Program-made: the position numbers and the translations under genes
Assembly (NCBI GenBank): GCA_951406725.2
Contig: OX597832.1
Location: 32,612,001 to 32,676,000 of the forward strand
DNA length: 64,000 nucleotides
DNA from: Octopus vulgaris
Lineage: Eukaryota
Reading direction: 5' to 3'
Part shown: piece after piece, positions 1 to 13,714 of the stretch
Position numbering within the stretch: position 1 is the first letter of the stretch
How the letters are laid out: each line of letters starts with the position of its first letter
Notes under the pieces: generated by a model
What the model was told of the DNA's origin: nothing
Database searches by the model: none
Seen by the model: the letters and a program-made list of their open reading frames with translations, nothing else

Positions 1-260
1 TTGGAATGCAATTAACTTATTTATTGTATTAAACGGGTGAAGGTAAAGAAATATTTTACCGTTAATTTATAATACAAATAAAAAACATGGAGAACAAATT
101 TAGCTTGTTCATCAACTTTCGGATATTAAAATGTTGAATTATTTATTCATTTAACAAAATGAGAACCTTAATAGCATACATATATATCTTATAATTCAAT
201 ACATATAAGATAAGAATACAAATTATAAAAATCATAATATAAATTATTGAAATCATTAAA

Positions 261-404
261 ATCACCCCTTACAGCTGTTTCAGCCTATGGTTAAAAGTAG
301 TTATTTTTATTTTTATTGCCTATAGTTGTGAATTATATTGAGGTTGTAGGCATTTAAAAATATGGTACTTATATGTATAACCATAGGCCTCATCAGGATA
401 CACG
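261..404 (-). ncRNA. Type I hammerhead ribozyme motif with long stem II insertion (Penelope/retrozyme type)
   Basis: Minus strand reads CUGAUGA (396-390), GGCCUAUGGUUA ... UAACCAUAGGCU (12-bp stem II, arms 378-389 and 282-293), GAAA, CAGCUG, UA. Stem III is the palindrome ACAGCUGU. Stem I pairs poorly. Confidence 0.7.
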
Positions 405-1002
405 TATACTTTAATATATATAAAAATATGAACAAATATCCATATAGACTTATACATATACATAAGCAGAGTGTATATACTTTTACATGTGATGGGGAAA
501 GGCGGAATTGCCAGATAACTGGGATGAGGATATGGAGGTGGTACTACCTAAATGCCAACTGAAGGAACTTCAAGATGAACTTAAGAACGCTTACGTGTTG
601 ATATATAGGAGATTAGACAGGAAAAAGAAAAAGGAACTTGAGAGACATTACGGGGTAATATTAGAGGACTATGTAGAGTTTGATTCGATTAAGTAAGAGG
701 GTAAGTAAGTGATGTTGACCGATGGGGCGGTTAACATCGCTGTCATTACTCATTTCACTCCTTTTCATCTTTATCATGCGCTTATGGTTTTTTTTGGTGT
801 TTTGTGTCCCCAATGTTTTGTGTTGTCCCATTCTGTGTATAGCCCCTTGTGGTTAATAAGAAATCATGCTGTGTTTTTGATAAAGCTCTGTTGGATTCTA
901 TTATACTTTATCGAACTACGGTTGGATTATTATTGTTGAAGTTGTTGTTGCCGTTGTTTTTTATTGGACTACTGTTGAAAAGCAGTAACGGTAAGCCTAA
1001 TA

Positions 1003-2765
1003 ATGGCTAGCCCTGAGAGGCCAAGGATGGCTAGCCCTGAGAGAGACGAAGAGGAAATGGAACGGATATGCGAATTGAGATTGGATTCAGACTCTGAGGA
1101 GGAAGAGAACATAACAGAAAAAAAAAAAATGTTAGCAACTACAAAAAGAAATATAGCAGTGCCAAGCCTGGAGGCTGGAAAGCTAAATGGACAATTGAAT
1201 TTTGCAGCACCGGCTGGCGCAAAAGTAAAAAAAATAGACATGAGTAATTTGGAGGAGGCGAAAAAGTTTTTGACGAAAGAGGGAATCGAAACCAAAGTGA
1301 AGACTCCACAACAAATCAAAGGAAAGCGTTGAAAAAAGAACGCTAATATATAATAAAACAAAACAAAGGAGTAATAATTGATTTTGTCGACGAGAAGAAA
1401 ATTGAGAAGTTTCTTGAGCGCCTATTGGGTAAAAATCAAATATTTAACTCGTGGAAAGAAAGTCGCAACAGTAGAGGTCAGATTCGGGTCAGAAAAAGAA
1501 GCAAAACTTCACTCGGTAGAGCCGATTAGAACGGAAGAAGTGGTGCTTCTACCAATTTATATTGGTAGAAGACCCTCCAGAATAACAAATGCTAACATAC
1601 CACCTGAAGTGGAACCCGAGTGTTTCGTCGCGGCAATAACGATGGGTCTGGCAAGTAAACCGAAATTGTCGACGGTGTCGTGGAGGAGCCACGAAACTAG
1701 GTCGGTCAAAGGGTAAAAATTACCCTATAGGCTGAGCCAGCTGCACTGGAAGAAATAACGGAGATCATAGAGGTTGGTGAGAACCGTCTGCCTGTAATGG
1801 TAGAAGGTCGCCAGCCATGCTGTTTTCAGTGTGGCGAAAAAGGCCACCTCAAAAAGAACTGCAAACCAGCAGAAGAAAAACTCACGAGTGAACCTGCAAC
1901 AACATCAAACGTTTCAACAACTCCGGTACCAGATGAGTAAGCAGGGGTGGGGTGACAGCCACAAAAGGAAACACAAAAATCCCCCCCCCCCTGTAAAAGA
2001 GAAAAAGGATGAGCCGAGGAACTTCAAAAAAGCCAAGGTACCGGAGAGGAAAGAAAGTTATTATGTGGCAGTAAGGACTACAAATAGAGATTAAATGAGA
2101 AAAATTGAGATAAAAAAAATTACAGAAAGTAGAAAGAGAAGAAATTATCAAAGACTGTGAAGTGAACAAAATTGCCCAAAAATATTTCAATGAAGTTTAT
2201 AATGAACTCAGGAAGGTTGTTGGCCCTTTACGTCTAGACATATCAGACAACTTATATGTAGGCCTCATCCAGCCGACTCCACGAGTCCGGAAGAAAGAGG
2301 AGGCGGGTTCTCTCCCGCCTTTAGATAGCGAATGACTGAGGTAAAACATTTTTGGCTGTTCACGTAGGTTGCATAAATGTGCGTGGCCTGATGTCAGACT
2401 GGAAACACGGGCGCTTCCAAAACTACATCAGGTCACAAATTTAGATGTTGTTGTTGCTACTGAAACTCAGTTGAAGGGGCCAAGAGATCTACTCCAGCTC
2501 CTGCATGGCTACGAGAAATTTCTTTCTCCATGCCGGGGGGGGGGCGAAGTGGCGTGTTAGTCCTACTTAAATGAAATCGAGTTTCAGAGAAAAAGTTAAT
2601 TTTTTCTGACCCAGAAGGTAGGCTGGTCGTCTTAGATCTGACGTTCAGTTGTGTATGGAAATCAGGCTGGTGACGGTGTTCGCACCCAATTTACGTCAGA
2701 CTGAATATTACCGAGACCTAGAGAGGTTTTCTAGCACGTCACGTTCCATAGTTGTGTTAGGGGTC
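1003..2765 (+). mobile_element. Degenerate L1/Tx1-like non-LTR retrotransposon, 5' part (ORF1 with CCHC zinc knuckle, start of ORF2 APE endonuclease)
   Basis: ORF1 is broken by stops and frameshifts. 1821-1862 encodes CFQCGEKGHLKKNC (CX2CX4HX4C), preceded by LPVMVEGRQP. From about 2365, across frames: VGCINVRGL, LDVVVATETQL, DPEGRLVVLDL and IRLVTVFAPN, which are APE endonuclease motifs. Confidence 0.85.
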
Positions 2766-5254
2766 TTTAACACTCATTTCCTAATCCCCTTTCCTCACTC
2801 CTAACTAAATACAGCAATGCTCTTTGTACGATATGCTTAGGACTCGATTCATCAAACACCCTTAAATGAGAAATTAACATCAACGATATATTTTGGAATA
2901 TATTTAATATTGTCGAAGAAACGTTATCGAAACTAAGAAAGATATTCATAAGCGTTTTCAAATGATATTATTAATAATTCGTGCCAGACGATTCCATATA
3001 AAACTTGAAATATTTCCTCAGGCGGAATATTCTGAGTCTCTGCAAATCAATAATGTTCTGCAATATGACGTAACTACTAACATGTCCGTGACTCTTGTGG
3101 CTCATTACTTCATAATTATCGAACATTTTCTTCCTTTACATAGAATAATTATACGGCATCCATAGCTGCAATGAATTAGAGTTGATCCTTTTTAGCAGAG
3201 AGAAGGTTTTTCGTGTAACCTATAGCAAGTAGAGAAGAATGATTCTATGTGATTTGGAGTCGCCTTGTTTCAATTGTCACCGGGTCTCTATCTTCATCTT
3301 GACCCCTCTCTGTACAATGAACTCTCAAACGTGTTCGGCGTCAGTCAACATCAACATTAGAATGGATTTGTACATTTGCTATTCTCATATCAACCAGACC
3401 CTCTCTCATAATTTTCAGAGAAATCATATTCTAAAATGTGAAAAGCAGTGTTTTGGAAGAATGTTTAAATTGGTTGATATTTATTTTAGCGCTTTATGTT
3501 TTGAGTTCTAAGCCCGCCGGGGTCAGCTTTGCATTTCTTCATTTCCAGGGACTATAAAATAAAGAACCAACAAGCATGGGGATCAATGGTAATAAGAAAC
3601 ACTCTCTTGTACTTAAATCAAAAGCAATATTCTCAGGAGTGATTTCGCCCGTAAGCTCTACATCTGCACATCTCAATTAACTCCCCCCAAATATCTTAAA
3701 GGACTTCCACCTTAAATATGGAAAACAAAACTTTAAAAATGTTTCAAAAATATGTCGTAATGGATATTTGCTTCGCAGTAAATGCTGTGCTGTAAGCATT
3801 TGACTGAACGGTTATTGTATAAAATATTCATGAATATTTTAGCATTGTAATTAATATTTCGAAACCAAAAGCTGTTGCTATCGCGACCTTTGAGAAATCT
3901 ACTGCGAACTATACGTCAGATCCCGCTACCTTGCATCGATACAAGATATTGAATGGTACTTATAACAAGCAACAGAGTGAATAATTTGTCGTGAGTATGA
4001 AGTAAATTTAATGTATTTCTCTTCAAGAGAATATAATATATCTTTACTTATGACAGCTTTATGGCTTCCGAATTGTGAATCTCTCATTCGTTATCTTAGG
4101 TGTTGTATGTTAGATCCTAGCACAGAATTATGTGAAGTAGGTGTAGAATGATTGATCAACATAGAGATATAAAACTGCCATATAAGCATCATTTTAAGAG
4201 ACCGAATGTCAACAATATGCGAAGAGAATTAGGGTGGGAATCTCGCCAAGTATATTATCAAATTGTTGACCTTAGCTCTGAAATTATCCACTCGTTCATA
4301 TTAAAGTATGAATCTGTGCCTGGCTGTAAATTATTAACTTCCGGCAAATTCCAGTTGAAAATGACTGCCATATTGTAATTCTTGAATCAAATATCTATAA
4401 ACTAGAAGCTCGATATTTACTGCATTATGATTACAGCTTAAAATGGATGCCTGTTTGTCGGTAAGATGTAGTAATATGAAAATGTAGGTAAAGAATAGAG
4501 AGATCCTCTATAAACTCTCACCCAAAGAGGTGAAAGGTTATCATTACTTTACTTCATCACTTGGCAATTGATGCTACTTGGTATCGAGATTTGGGAAAGA
4601 AGGGTCATTTTAACAAGGATAAATAGTTCACAAGAGGTGCCTGTTCGTGATCTTTAACGGCTCCGAAACAAGCCTTTTATGAATAATTACAGACGTATAA
4701 TTTTGCCAAATTTATAATAGCAGCCATTCACATGCTTCCGAATGTATATTAGTGAAAAGAATGAAGTCAAATTACAAAGACGTGACATGTGACTCATAAT
4801 AGTCATCCAACATCCGTTTCGGAATTAAACGATTATCATTGGACAGTTATTAATTATTTATTCCATCTTGCGAACTTTTCGAAAGTTTTTCACGCGTTGT
4901 ATCATTGCCAATGGCTACGAAGAATTTATTAAAGGAAATTTTCGACAACATATTTTTTTTTCTTTAGGATCTATGTAGTCAAAGAGGTTTTTTATTAAAT
5001 AGAGGCCCGAATCTTTCATTAAAAGGAAAGAAAATTATAATTCACAATGCATAACTGATATGTGTATTGATGGAAAACATAAGGGAGCAACTGTAGTATA
5101 TTATATCAGCTTATTTTATTCTTTTCACTCTCAAATACCCAATCTAAGATCGAATCTCATCAATGCCAACTTTGAAAAACTTTCATTTCTGCTTCGATTA
5201 TATTGTACATACATACTTACATACTTACATACATACATACAAAAATAAATATAC

Positions 5255-5308
<54 letters not shown>

Positions 5309-6587
5309 TTGTAACATACACACTTTGTTGAGAAATATATGAATGCCTGTTTTTGACTTATTGATTATCAACCGACTATATAAACGATTATATATACACG
5401 GATATGTGTGTCTATATATGTACATGCGCATGCATATATATACATATACGCATGCACACATACATATATATATGCATGTCTACATGTATGTATATATGTA
5501 TGTATATATATGTATATACCCACGTATACATACTTACATACACTAAAAGACGCATTCATACACATTATACACATATCGATGATGCCATATATTTTATTGA
5601 TCAATTGGCGAGAGAACATTCTTTATAAATCGATGTTCAATAACACATACATTATAAAGTTATCGGTAAAATAAACACATCTTCACGTCATGTGAACGAC
5701 GGAGTCTCTAAGTGGCAGCTCAGCCTGCTAGAAATACCAGTGAAATATTCATTTCTTAGTCTTAAAAACGCGAAGGGAACATTTGACGGAGACAGACGAC
5801 ACATTTATGTGAAATGATATCTTAATGTGTAAACAAAGGAAATATATGTTGGCTAATGTAACATTCTAAAGTAATATTTCTTATGATAAAATATGACTGG
5901 AAGGTCACGATTGGAACGCCGTTGATTACACGCTACTCTCGTATTAACTGTCTTAGGACTAAATAAACTCAACAGTGTATGAAGCAAAATCTTCGTTCTA
6001 TTCTCTGCACCGTTGATCTAGCAGTAATAAGGATCATTAAATCCCCTTCAAATTATTTCTCAGTGTCTGAAAGAAAGTTTGCTTCTTAGCTTCGTAGCTT
6101 CGTCATCAGTTCTTACCGTATGGCCCCTTGGTCGAATGCCTTGTGTTACATGCGCGGGCCGTTCGCATATTTGTGAGTGGATTTTGTAAGAGGAAAGATT
6201 TGGAGAAACCCATCCATAAGCAATAAATAGTAACGAATCCTTAAAATTGGATGTTATTCATATCGCAGGAACACTTTTGATCATCGAGTGGTTCGATCGC
6301 CTTTGACGTGGCCTGTTGTTAAACAGCAACAACAACAACAACGACAGGATCCCATTATAAACTGCATAGAAGCAGCCTACAACATTTTCTTACCTTTAGA
6401 GTGGTCGCACAAAGAGGTTTTGTGCATTTGTCCCTTTCGCCATTTGAATTCAACCTTGTGAAGATTTCTTACCATAATTATCATAGATTAGTGTAGAATG
6501 AAGGTAATTTAGACGAATGTATTTCTGCCCTGAATCACTGCTAAGCTACGATGCCAGCCAGTCACGAAAGACATACGTGCACAAGTA

Positions 6588-6597
6588 CACACACACA

Positions 6598-6668
<71 letters not shown>

Positions 6669-6718
6669 ACACACACACAAACGCAAGCGCACACACGCAA
6701 ACACATACTTTCTCTGCT

Positions 6719-6750
<32 letters not shown>
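6588..6750. repeat. (CA)n followed by (CT)n microsatellite
   Basis: Direct inspection. Confidence 0.95.
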
Positions 6751-6752
<2 letters not shown>

Positions 6753-7144
6753 ACACGCACACACAACAGATGCGTTGTTAGACAAAGGCGGTTCGCTGTC
6801 GGCCATTTCGCCTGAACAACGTAACGCTTTCTCCTCTGAATCAGGAGATTAATGACTTCAGTATTGCATTACTTGGCAATAAATTACAACAATAACAACA
6901 CGACCAGCAAGAATCGGCCGTTGTAAGATCTGAAGATCAAACATGGTTATAGTAGAGTTAGGAGAGTCAGATTACACAGATGAAAGGCATGTAGATGGTA
7001 TGTTACAACGGTAAAACTGTGTGAATATAGTTTGATGGATGCAGCAATAGTTAGAGGGAATAGGAGTGTAGCGAAACTGATAAATACACAGATATGTAAA
7101 TATAGAGAAAGATAGCTGGACAGATTAGCGGGAAAATGGGAGGG

Positions 7145-7359
7145 ATTGATAGATAGAGAGATGGACAGAGAGATGGATAAAGAGATGGATTGATAGATGG
7201 ATAGATAGATAGATGGATAGAGAGATGGATGGATGGATGGATGGATGGATAGATAAATAGATAGATAGATAGATAGACAGACAGATAGACAGATAGATAG
7301 AGAGATAGATGGATAGAGAGATGGATAGAGGGATATGTAGATAGATGGACAGAGAGATG

Positions 7360-7434
<75 letters not shown>

Positions 7435-7460
7435 GGATAGATAGATAGATAGATAGAGAG
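7145..7460. repeat. (GATA)n/(GATG)n compound microsatellite
   Basis: Direct inspection. Explains the SIYL-repeat ORFs. Confidence 0.95.
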
Positions 7461-8064
7461 ACGCATAGATGATAAAGACAGATAGATATGTGGGTAGAGA
7501 TGGGTGAATAGAAAGATGCATAATTAGGAACGTAGATCGATTGATGGATACAGAAATAGAGATGGATAAAACAGAATATATAAATATATACATACAAGCA
7601 TACGTACACGGCAATAAATTGCGTGTATGCATAAATTCACGTATACAAACGTAGATATATATAGCCATCCATCTATACACACATACATATATACAGGCAT
7701 ACATGCATATTAATATACATGCAAATATAACATATAAAATACTTTACTATAAACAAATATACATACATTCAAGTAAACATAAGTATATATGCAGAGTATA
7801 CTTAATTGGAAAATAGGCTCTATGTATATATAATTATGTATGTACAAGTGTGTGCGCGCGTATATATATATATATGAGTTTGTGTGTGTGTGGATGTTCA
7901 TGAGTGATAGTGTCGTCTGTATTCATACGATCCATGCACACATACTCATATGCAAGTAGTTTTATAATTACAAGAATCAACAGGTACACAGATATCTAAT
8001 TAGTTACATCTGTGACCAGAATGGTTAATACTGTCTGCAATGACAGTATTCGTTGCACCATCTC

Positions 8065-8117
<53 letters not shown>

Positions 8118-8226
8118 CTCTGTCTCTCTCTTACTCTCTCCCTCACTATTTGCCGATACACAAACTGGCATGCACACACATACAGGTAGATATTTTCTAT
8201 ATTCATAAGTGTATATATATATACAC

Positions 8227-8265
<39 letters not shown>

Positions 8266-8530
8266 TAGAGAGAGTGAGAGAGAGAGAGAGCAACATGTAA
8301 TATCTTCGTATGTCTCCCCACAGTCGCTCTTCTTGTTCTTCCTTCTCTTCTCCAGACCATCCTCCTCATCTCCATCAACACTCTCATCCGAATCTCGTTC
8401 TCCTTCAACATCATTCAAGACAAATACACAATACAATGTGTGTTGTGATGCCTGAATATGTGAGCAACATACAGATGTGTGAGTATGTATGTATGTACGT
8501 GTGTATATATATGTGTATGCACACACACAC

Positions 8531-8583
<53 letters not shown>

Positions 8584-10588
8584 CGTGTGTGTGTATGTAC
8601 ATTTACATACATATTCTTATGTATAGCACTTTACATGCGCTGATACATAAATTCATATAATTATACACATTTAAACAAACGTGTAGTGACTGGCGTATGC
8701 TATGACGCATTGGCTACTAAAGGCGACGGGCGCGACGGTGGCAAGGTGACAGCGATGAGACGACAATGAAGAGATGAGGGTGACGTTGATGGTGAGGCTG
8801 CTGATGCCATTTTGTAAGACACGAGTTAGCTTATATCATTTTCTTTGGGCTTTATTCCTCTAACAACTTCTCTCTCACACTATTAGACTCGCCATGATCA
8901 TCGTCGTCGCCGTTAACATGGCTAGAATCACCATCGCCCTCCTTATCGAGCGCTTTATGGCAAAGTTTGTATGTCTTTTAATGAATGCTGAAATCACAGC
9001 AGAGAAGTTGTTGTAGTCACTCTCAAAGACAAAAGCATACACAAGCGCACAGACATACATACATACAGACAGATACGTGCGCGTGCACACACACTCACAC
9101 ACGCACATACACACGCACACACGCATAAACATATGTATATATGTATATATATTTTTATATGTGTCTATGTACGGCTGTCCACATATATAAATACACATGT
9201 ATATACATCTATACGCACACTTTATTATACGATAAATGGTAGATACGAGTAAATCTAGACATATAGAAAAATATCTTTATGTTTATACCCTTGTATATGT
9301 GTGTGTCTACAAGTGTCTGCATGTGTGTATACACCCCCCACACATATATGTATATATACATATATATGCATATACAGATAATTCTGTGTAAAGTTTGATA
9401 TATATGCGTGCATATATATATATATACACACGAAAACGCGCACATAATCCTCTTTCCATCTCACTTTCTCTCTCTCGCCCTCTATCTCTTTGTTTCGCTA
9501 TTTCTGTCTCTGTGTATCTCTCTGTGTCTCTCCCTCTCTCTCTCTCTCTCACACACAGACACACAAACGTACAAGCATCCATATTGATATTCAGAGAAAT
9601 AGACAGAAACACACAAGGACCAAAATGCAGATAAGGTCTACACAGCCAGTCAGGCAAAGCAAAAGACACGTACACAAACCTAGAGTCACTGAAAAACGCA
9701 AACCTTAACCTTAAGTTCTCTACTGTTATATGACAAAGTGAGTGGATGAACAAGATTTCCTCACCTTTGACCCTTTGGCTATACATTGCATTTTGCTTTT
9801 CATCTTATTTCAACGTTATCAATAAGACTTTTGTGAATCAATAGTAATAATTCTACATTTATTCCATCATTTCATCCCTCGATTTGCCCCCTTCTTTCTC
9901 TCCAGTTCGAATAAAACTAGTTTTACTTCATTTCCCTTCTTTTTATTGGTATCGAAAAATTTCTATATGCACGAAGAAATCATTGAGATTTGAGAAATGT
10001 AATTCCGTTAGAGAAAGCGAAACTTAAACGCATTTATATGGTGATAGATGAAGTAAAATTTGCGTTCAGGAAATGTAACAGCACCGACTATTAGCGTAAA
10101 TCCGTCAAACATCCTACATTTATATAGAATAATCCTTTTAGTCTTTGGAATAAACCTTCCGATATATTTGCTCATTGATTATCCTGAATCACACCGCCAC
10201 ACTGAAAGTGTTCTAGAGTCAGCTATTAGCTTCCGATAGATCAATTGATATGTTGCGTGATCGAAGTGCTGTGTTTTAAAAGGAAGCTGACGTGTATCTA
10301 ACTACCTCGGTTACATTCAATAGAAAAGTATTTTTTCTGATTTTCAATATATACATACATTCATACATGGGCAGACATACAGACGGACTGACAAACACAC
10401 AGATAGATAGATAGATTGATAGATAAAATAGATAGATATATTTGCATGTGTATATAGCTTATGATATTCATTTATAAGTAATACCTATGAGTTAAATGGA
10501 TATAAAATTTATAAGATAATTACACATTATTGCGTGCGGACAATTCGATTAGAGATACCCAGGTATTGACACACCGATTTCGTTTTAC

Positions 10589-10716
10589 CGCATTCTATAA
10601 AAAGAAGTTCGTTCCAATTCTTTTTTGCTATAGAACTCAAGTCAAGAACTGTGATCGTTGCAAGGATTCCAAGAGTGGTGAGGCGAAGACCTGACGTAAA
10701 AACATCATTTAGGTTC
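10589..10716 (-). other. Candidate internal exon (128 nt) of an unidentified minus-strand transcript
   Basis: Long polypyrimidine acceptor ttttctttcttatatttctctttattcctctttcag|GAACC and donor ATGCG|gtaaaa, in unique sequence. Confidence 0.4.
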
Positions 10717-10904
10717 CTGAAAGAGGAATAAAGAGAAATATAAGAAAGAAAATGTTAGGTTTTGCTCGAAACTAAGGCCTCTCCGAATTGCTTTCACGAC
10801 GGTCGCTACAGAATATCCAGTGTAAGTGGTTCAGTGTTACATAAAGTTTCAAGAAGTCCATATATACATAGTTTACAAATATATGCATAGATGTATGAAT
10901 GGAT

Positions 10905-10943
<39 letters not shown>

Positions 10944-10989
10944 GCATATATAAACACATACGCACACACAAACACACATATATACACAT

Positions 10990-11059
<70 letters not shown>

Positions 11060-11160
11060 ATATCCATAAATATATATGTGTGTGTATATGTATGTATGTA
11101 TGTATGTATATACACACAGTGATAACGATGTGATAACCAGAAATATGAAGCCTTTGTAAG

Positions 11161-11241
11161 TTTTTCCTGGTGAAAATGTGTTTCCTTTCGATTTCCTACA
11201 TCAACAATGCGAAGCAGGATTCTTTGAAACGATCGTAGAGA
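11161..11241 (+). ncRNA. Degenerate type I hammerhead-like motif
   Basis: UUUC, CUGGUGA (11167-11173), then GAAA (11226-11229), CGAUCG, UA, GAGA. Palindromic ACGAUCGU stem III and 4-bp stem I. Stem II is decayed and the core is A6G. Confidence 0.5.
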
Positions 11242-11631
11242 TGGGCTTGAATGGACTCAGTTCTGGTTACCTTACACGTATTTATTTCACTTATATTCTT
11301 CTATTTTTTATATATTTATATTTATATTATTTTAGCTCCACTGCCTTCAAGTCTTAGTCGCCTTCTTTACACAATCATTTATTCCATATACTTTTCTTCA
11401 TTCGACTTCACTCTTATTTCCCTTTTAGCTTTTATCACCTTTTATTCCTGTATATGAGTACATTTTATATTGTTGGCTTTTTGCATTAGGTGTCCTATTG
11501 TTTTAATACATATTCACATTCGAGTTTTGATGATTTGGGAATGATATAAAGCTGTGTTGAGCGATTGAGACGTTTATTCATTATGCTTTTCAATGTATAT
11601 GTAAATATATATATCATATTATGTTAGTGTG

Positions 11632-11700
<69 letters not shown>

Positions 11701-11843
11701 ATATATGTATGTGACGTTTCTATATATATATATGTATGTGACTATTTTATATATATATATATATGTATGTATGTATATATATATATGTATGTATACATTT
11801 ATATATCGCGTATGTATGTATGTATGTATGTATGACCAATACG

Positions 11844-11881
<38 letters not shown>

Positions 11882-12028
11882 AATTTAATATATATACAAT
11901 ATATATATCTACATATATATATATATACATATACATATATATATCAGATTAAGCACATAGATGAGAAACAAGGTGGAAATTTAGTGCTCCAATACCGGAG
12001 GTAGAGTATTATGCTATATTAAAATATC

Positions 12029-12152
12029 TGCAAAGACATCACAAAAACTGTTACTCAGAGTTTCGGGTTCCCGTTCGTCGGGCAATTAAACCAAAAAGTC
12101 CGACGAACGGGAACGAGAAAATCTGAGTAATAGTTTTTCTGATGTTTTTGCA
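12029..12152. mobile_element. Inverted pair of hammerhead-like motifs (53-bp arms) in a short element beside (TA)n
   Basis: Arms 12029-12081 and 12100-12152 match at 47/53 positions. Each reads CCGACGA ACG-GGAA-CNN GAAA (C/A)UCUGAG UA A(C/U)AGUU. Confidence 0.7.
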
Positions 12153-12213
12153 CTCTGAATCCACAAGTTTTTAAATTTCTTTTTCTATCCTCTCTCTGTT
12201 TATTTCTGTGTTC

Positions 12214-12249
12214 CTTTCTGTTGCAGAGCGTAGGCTCGAAATGTAAAAG
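12214..12249 (+). ncRNA. Minimal hammerhead-like motif with variant or degenerate core
   Basis: CUUU CUGUUGC A GAGC-GUAG-GCUC GAAA UG UA AAAG. Stem I is CUUU/AAAG and stem II is GAGC/GCUC, with correct GAAA...UA spacing. Confidence 0.5.
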
Positions 12250-12354
12250 AATTTCTCACTCTCGCGAAGGGTCAACCTTACGCGACTTGTTGATTACACA
12301 ACTGTCATAGTCTTTTATTTTCCTGTAGATTCTAACAATATATTATGTATATAT

Positions 12355-12491
<137 letters not shown>

Positions 12492-12633
12492 ATAATTCAG
12501 GGTAAAATTAATTAGTTATTAATCAATTTCACCAAGTAGTGTTCAGTATGTAAAAGGACCATTTAAAGCGTATTCAAAATATTACATTATATAATTAGGG
12601 TTTAGTAAAATAAATTACTTTGCCACATACTGA

Positions 12634-12671
<38 letters not shown>

Positions 12672-12765
12672 CATATATACATACATCCATACATACATGT
12701 ATACATAAATACTTGGATATATAAGCATGCATAGATTTACACATGAAAGCGCAAATATGCATTCG

Positions 12766-12815
<50 letters not shown>

Positions 12816-13119
12816 CTCTCTCTTTGTCTTTCACTCTTTCTGTGTCTTTGTCTCTCCCTTACACACACATACACGCGCGCGCGCCTATACACTGTTGATG
12901 ACCGTTTTACAACAACGTCACTGTTTACTTATTTAAAGCAATCCCTGGTTTACGCTCATATGGAAATATCTTTCTATCGTTGCAATAAAAATCGTCTAAG
13001 CAAATAGGAAATTTTACATACACAAACATACACATGCACACACATACACGCACACACATATACACGCACACATATACACATGCACACTGAAATAAGCCTG
13101 AACAGACACAGTCGCATAC

Positions 13120-13210
13120 CTATGCTGTCTCTCTGGACTAGCTTTTGCAATCTGATCTCTCTAATGTGGTCTCTCGTCAGCTTTAAAAACTTCCATATTT
13201 CTAAAACCAT
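13120..13210 (-). other. Candidate exon (91 nt) of an unidentified minus-strand transcript
   Basis: Acceptor atttttctttcag|ATGG and donor GCATAG|gtatgc. One frame is open (MVLEIWKFLKLTRDHIREIRLQKLVQRDSI). Unique sequence between microsatellites. Confidence 0.45.
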
Positions 13211-13309
13211 CTGAAAGAAAAATATATGAATGAACCTACGTCGCAATAAACGCAAGTAAATATACACATATGTCTATGTGGGTATGTATATATATATATA
13301 TACATGTAT

Positions 13310-13374
<65 letters not shown>

Positions 13375-13678
13375 TATATACATACATATATATATATATA
13401 CACACATATATTTATATAATTATACATATACATACATAACTACATATATATATACAAATACACATATATATATAAATATATATCTATATACATATATACA
13501 TTTACATACATATATATATATAAATATATATATATATGTATACATATATATATACATACACATATGTATATACAAATATTGTGTCTGTCTGCACATAAAG
13601 ACATATATATATATACACACACATACAAACATATACATATATATATATTGAGTGTGTTTGTATGCATATATAAACATA

Positions 13679-13714
<36 letters not shown>

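Noticed and set aside
9761-9775. DR1 nuclear receptor-like site (GGGTCA A AGGTGA, minus strand)
   Set aside because: A single short motif is expected by chance in 64 kb.
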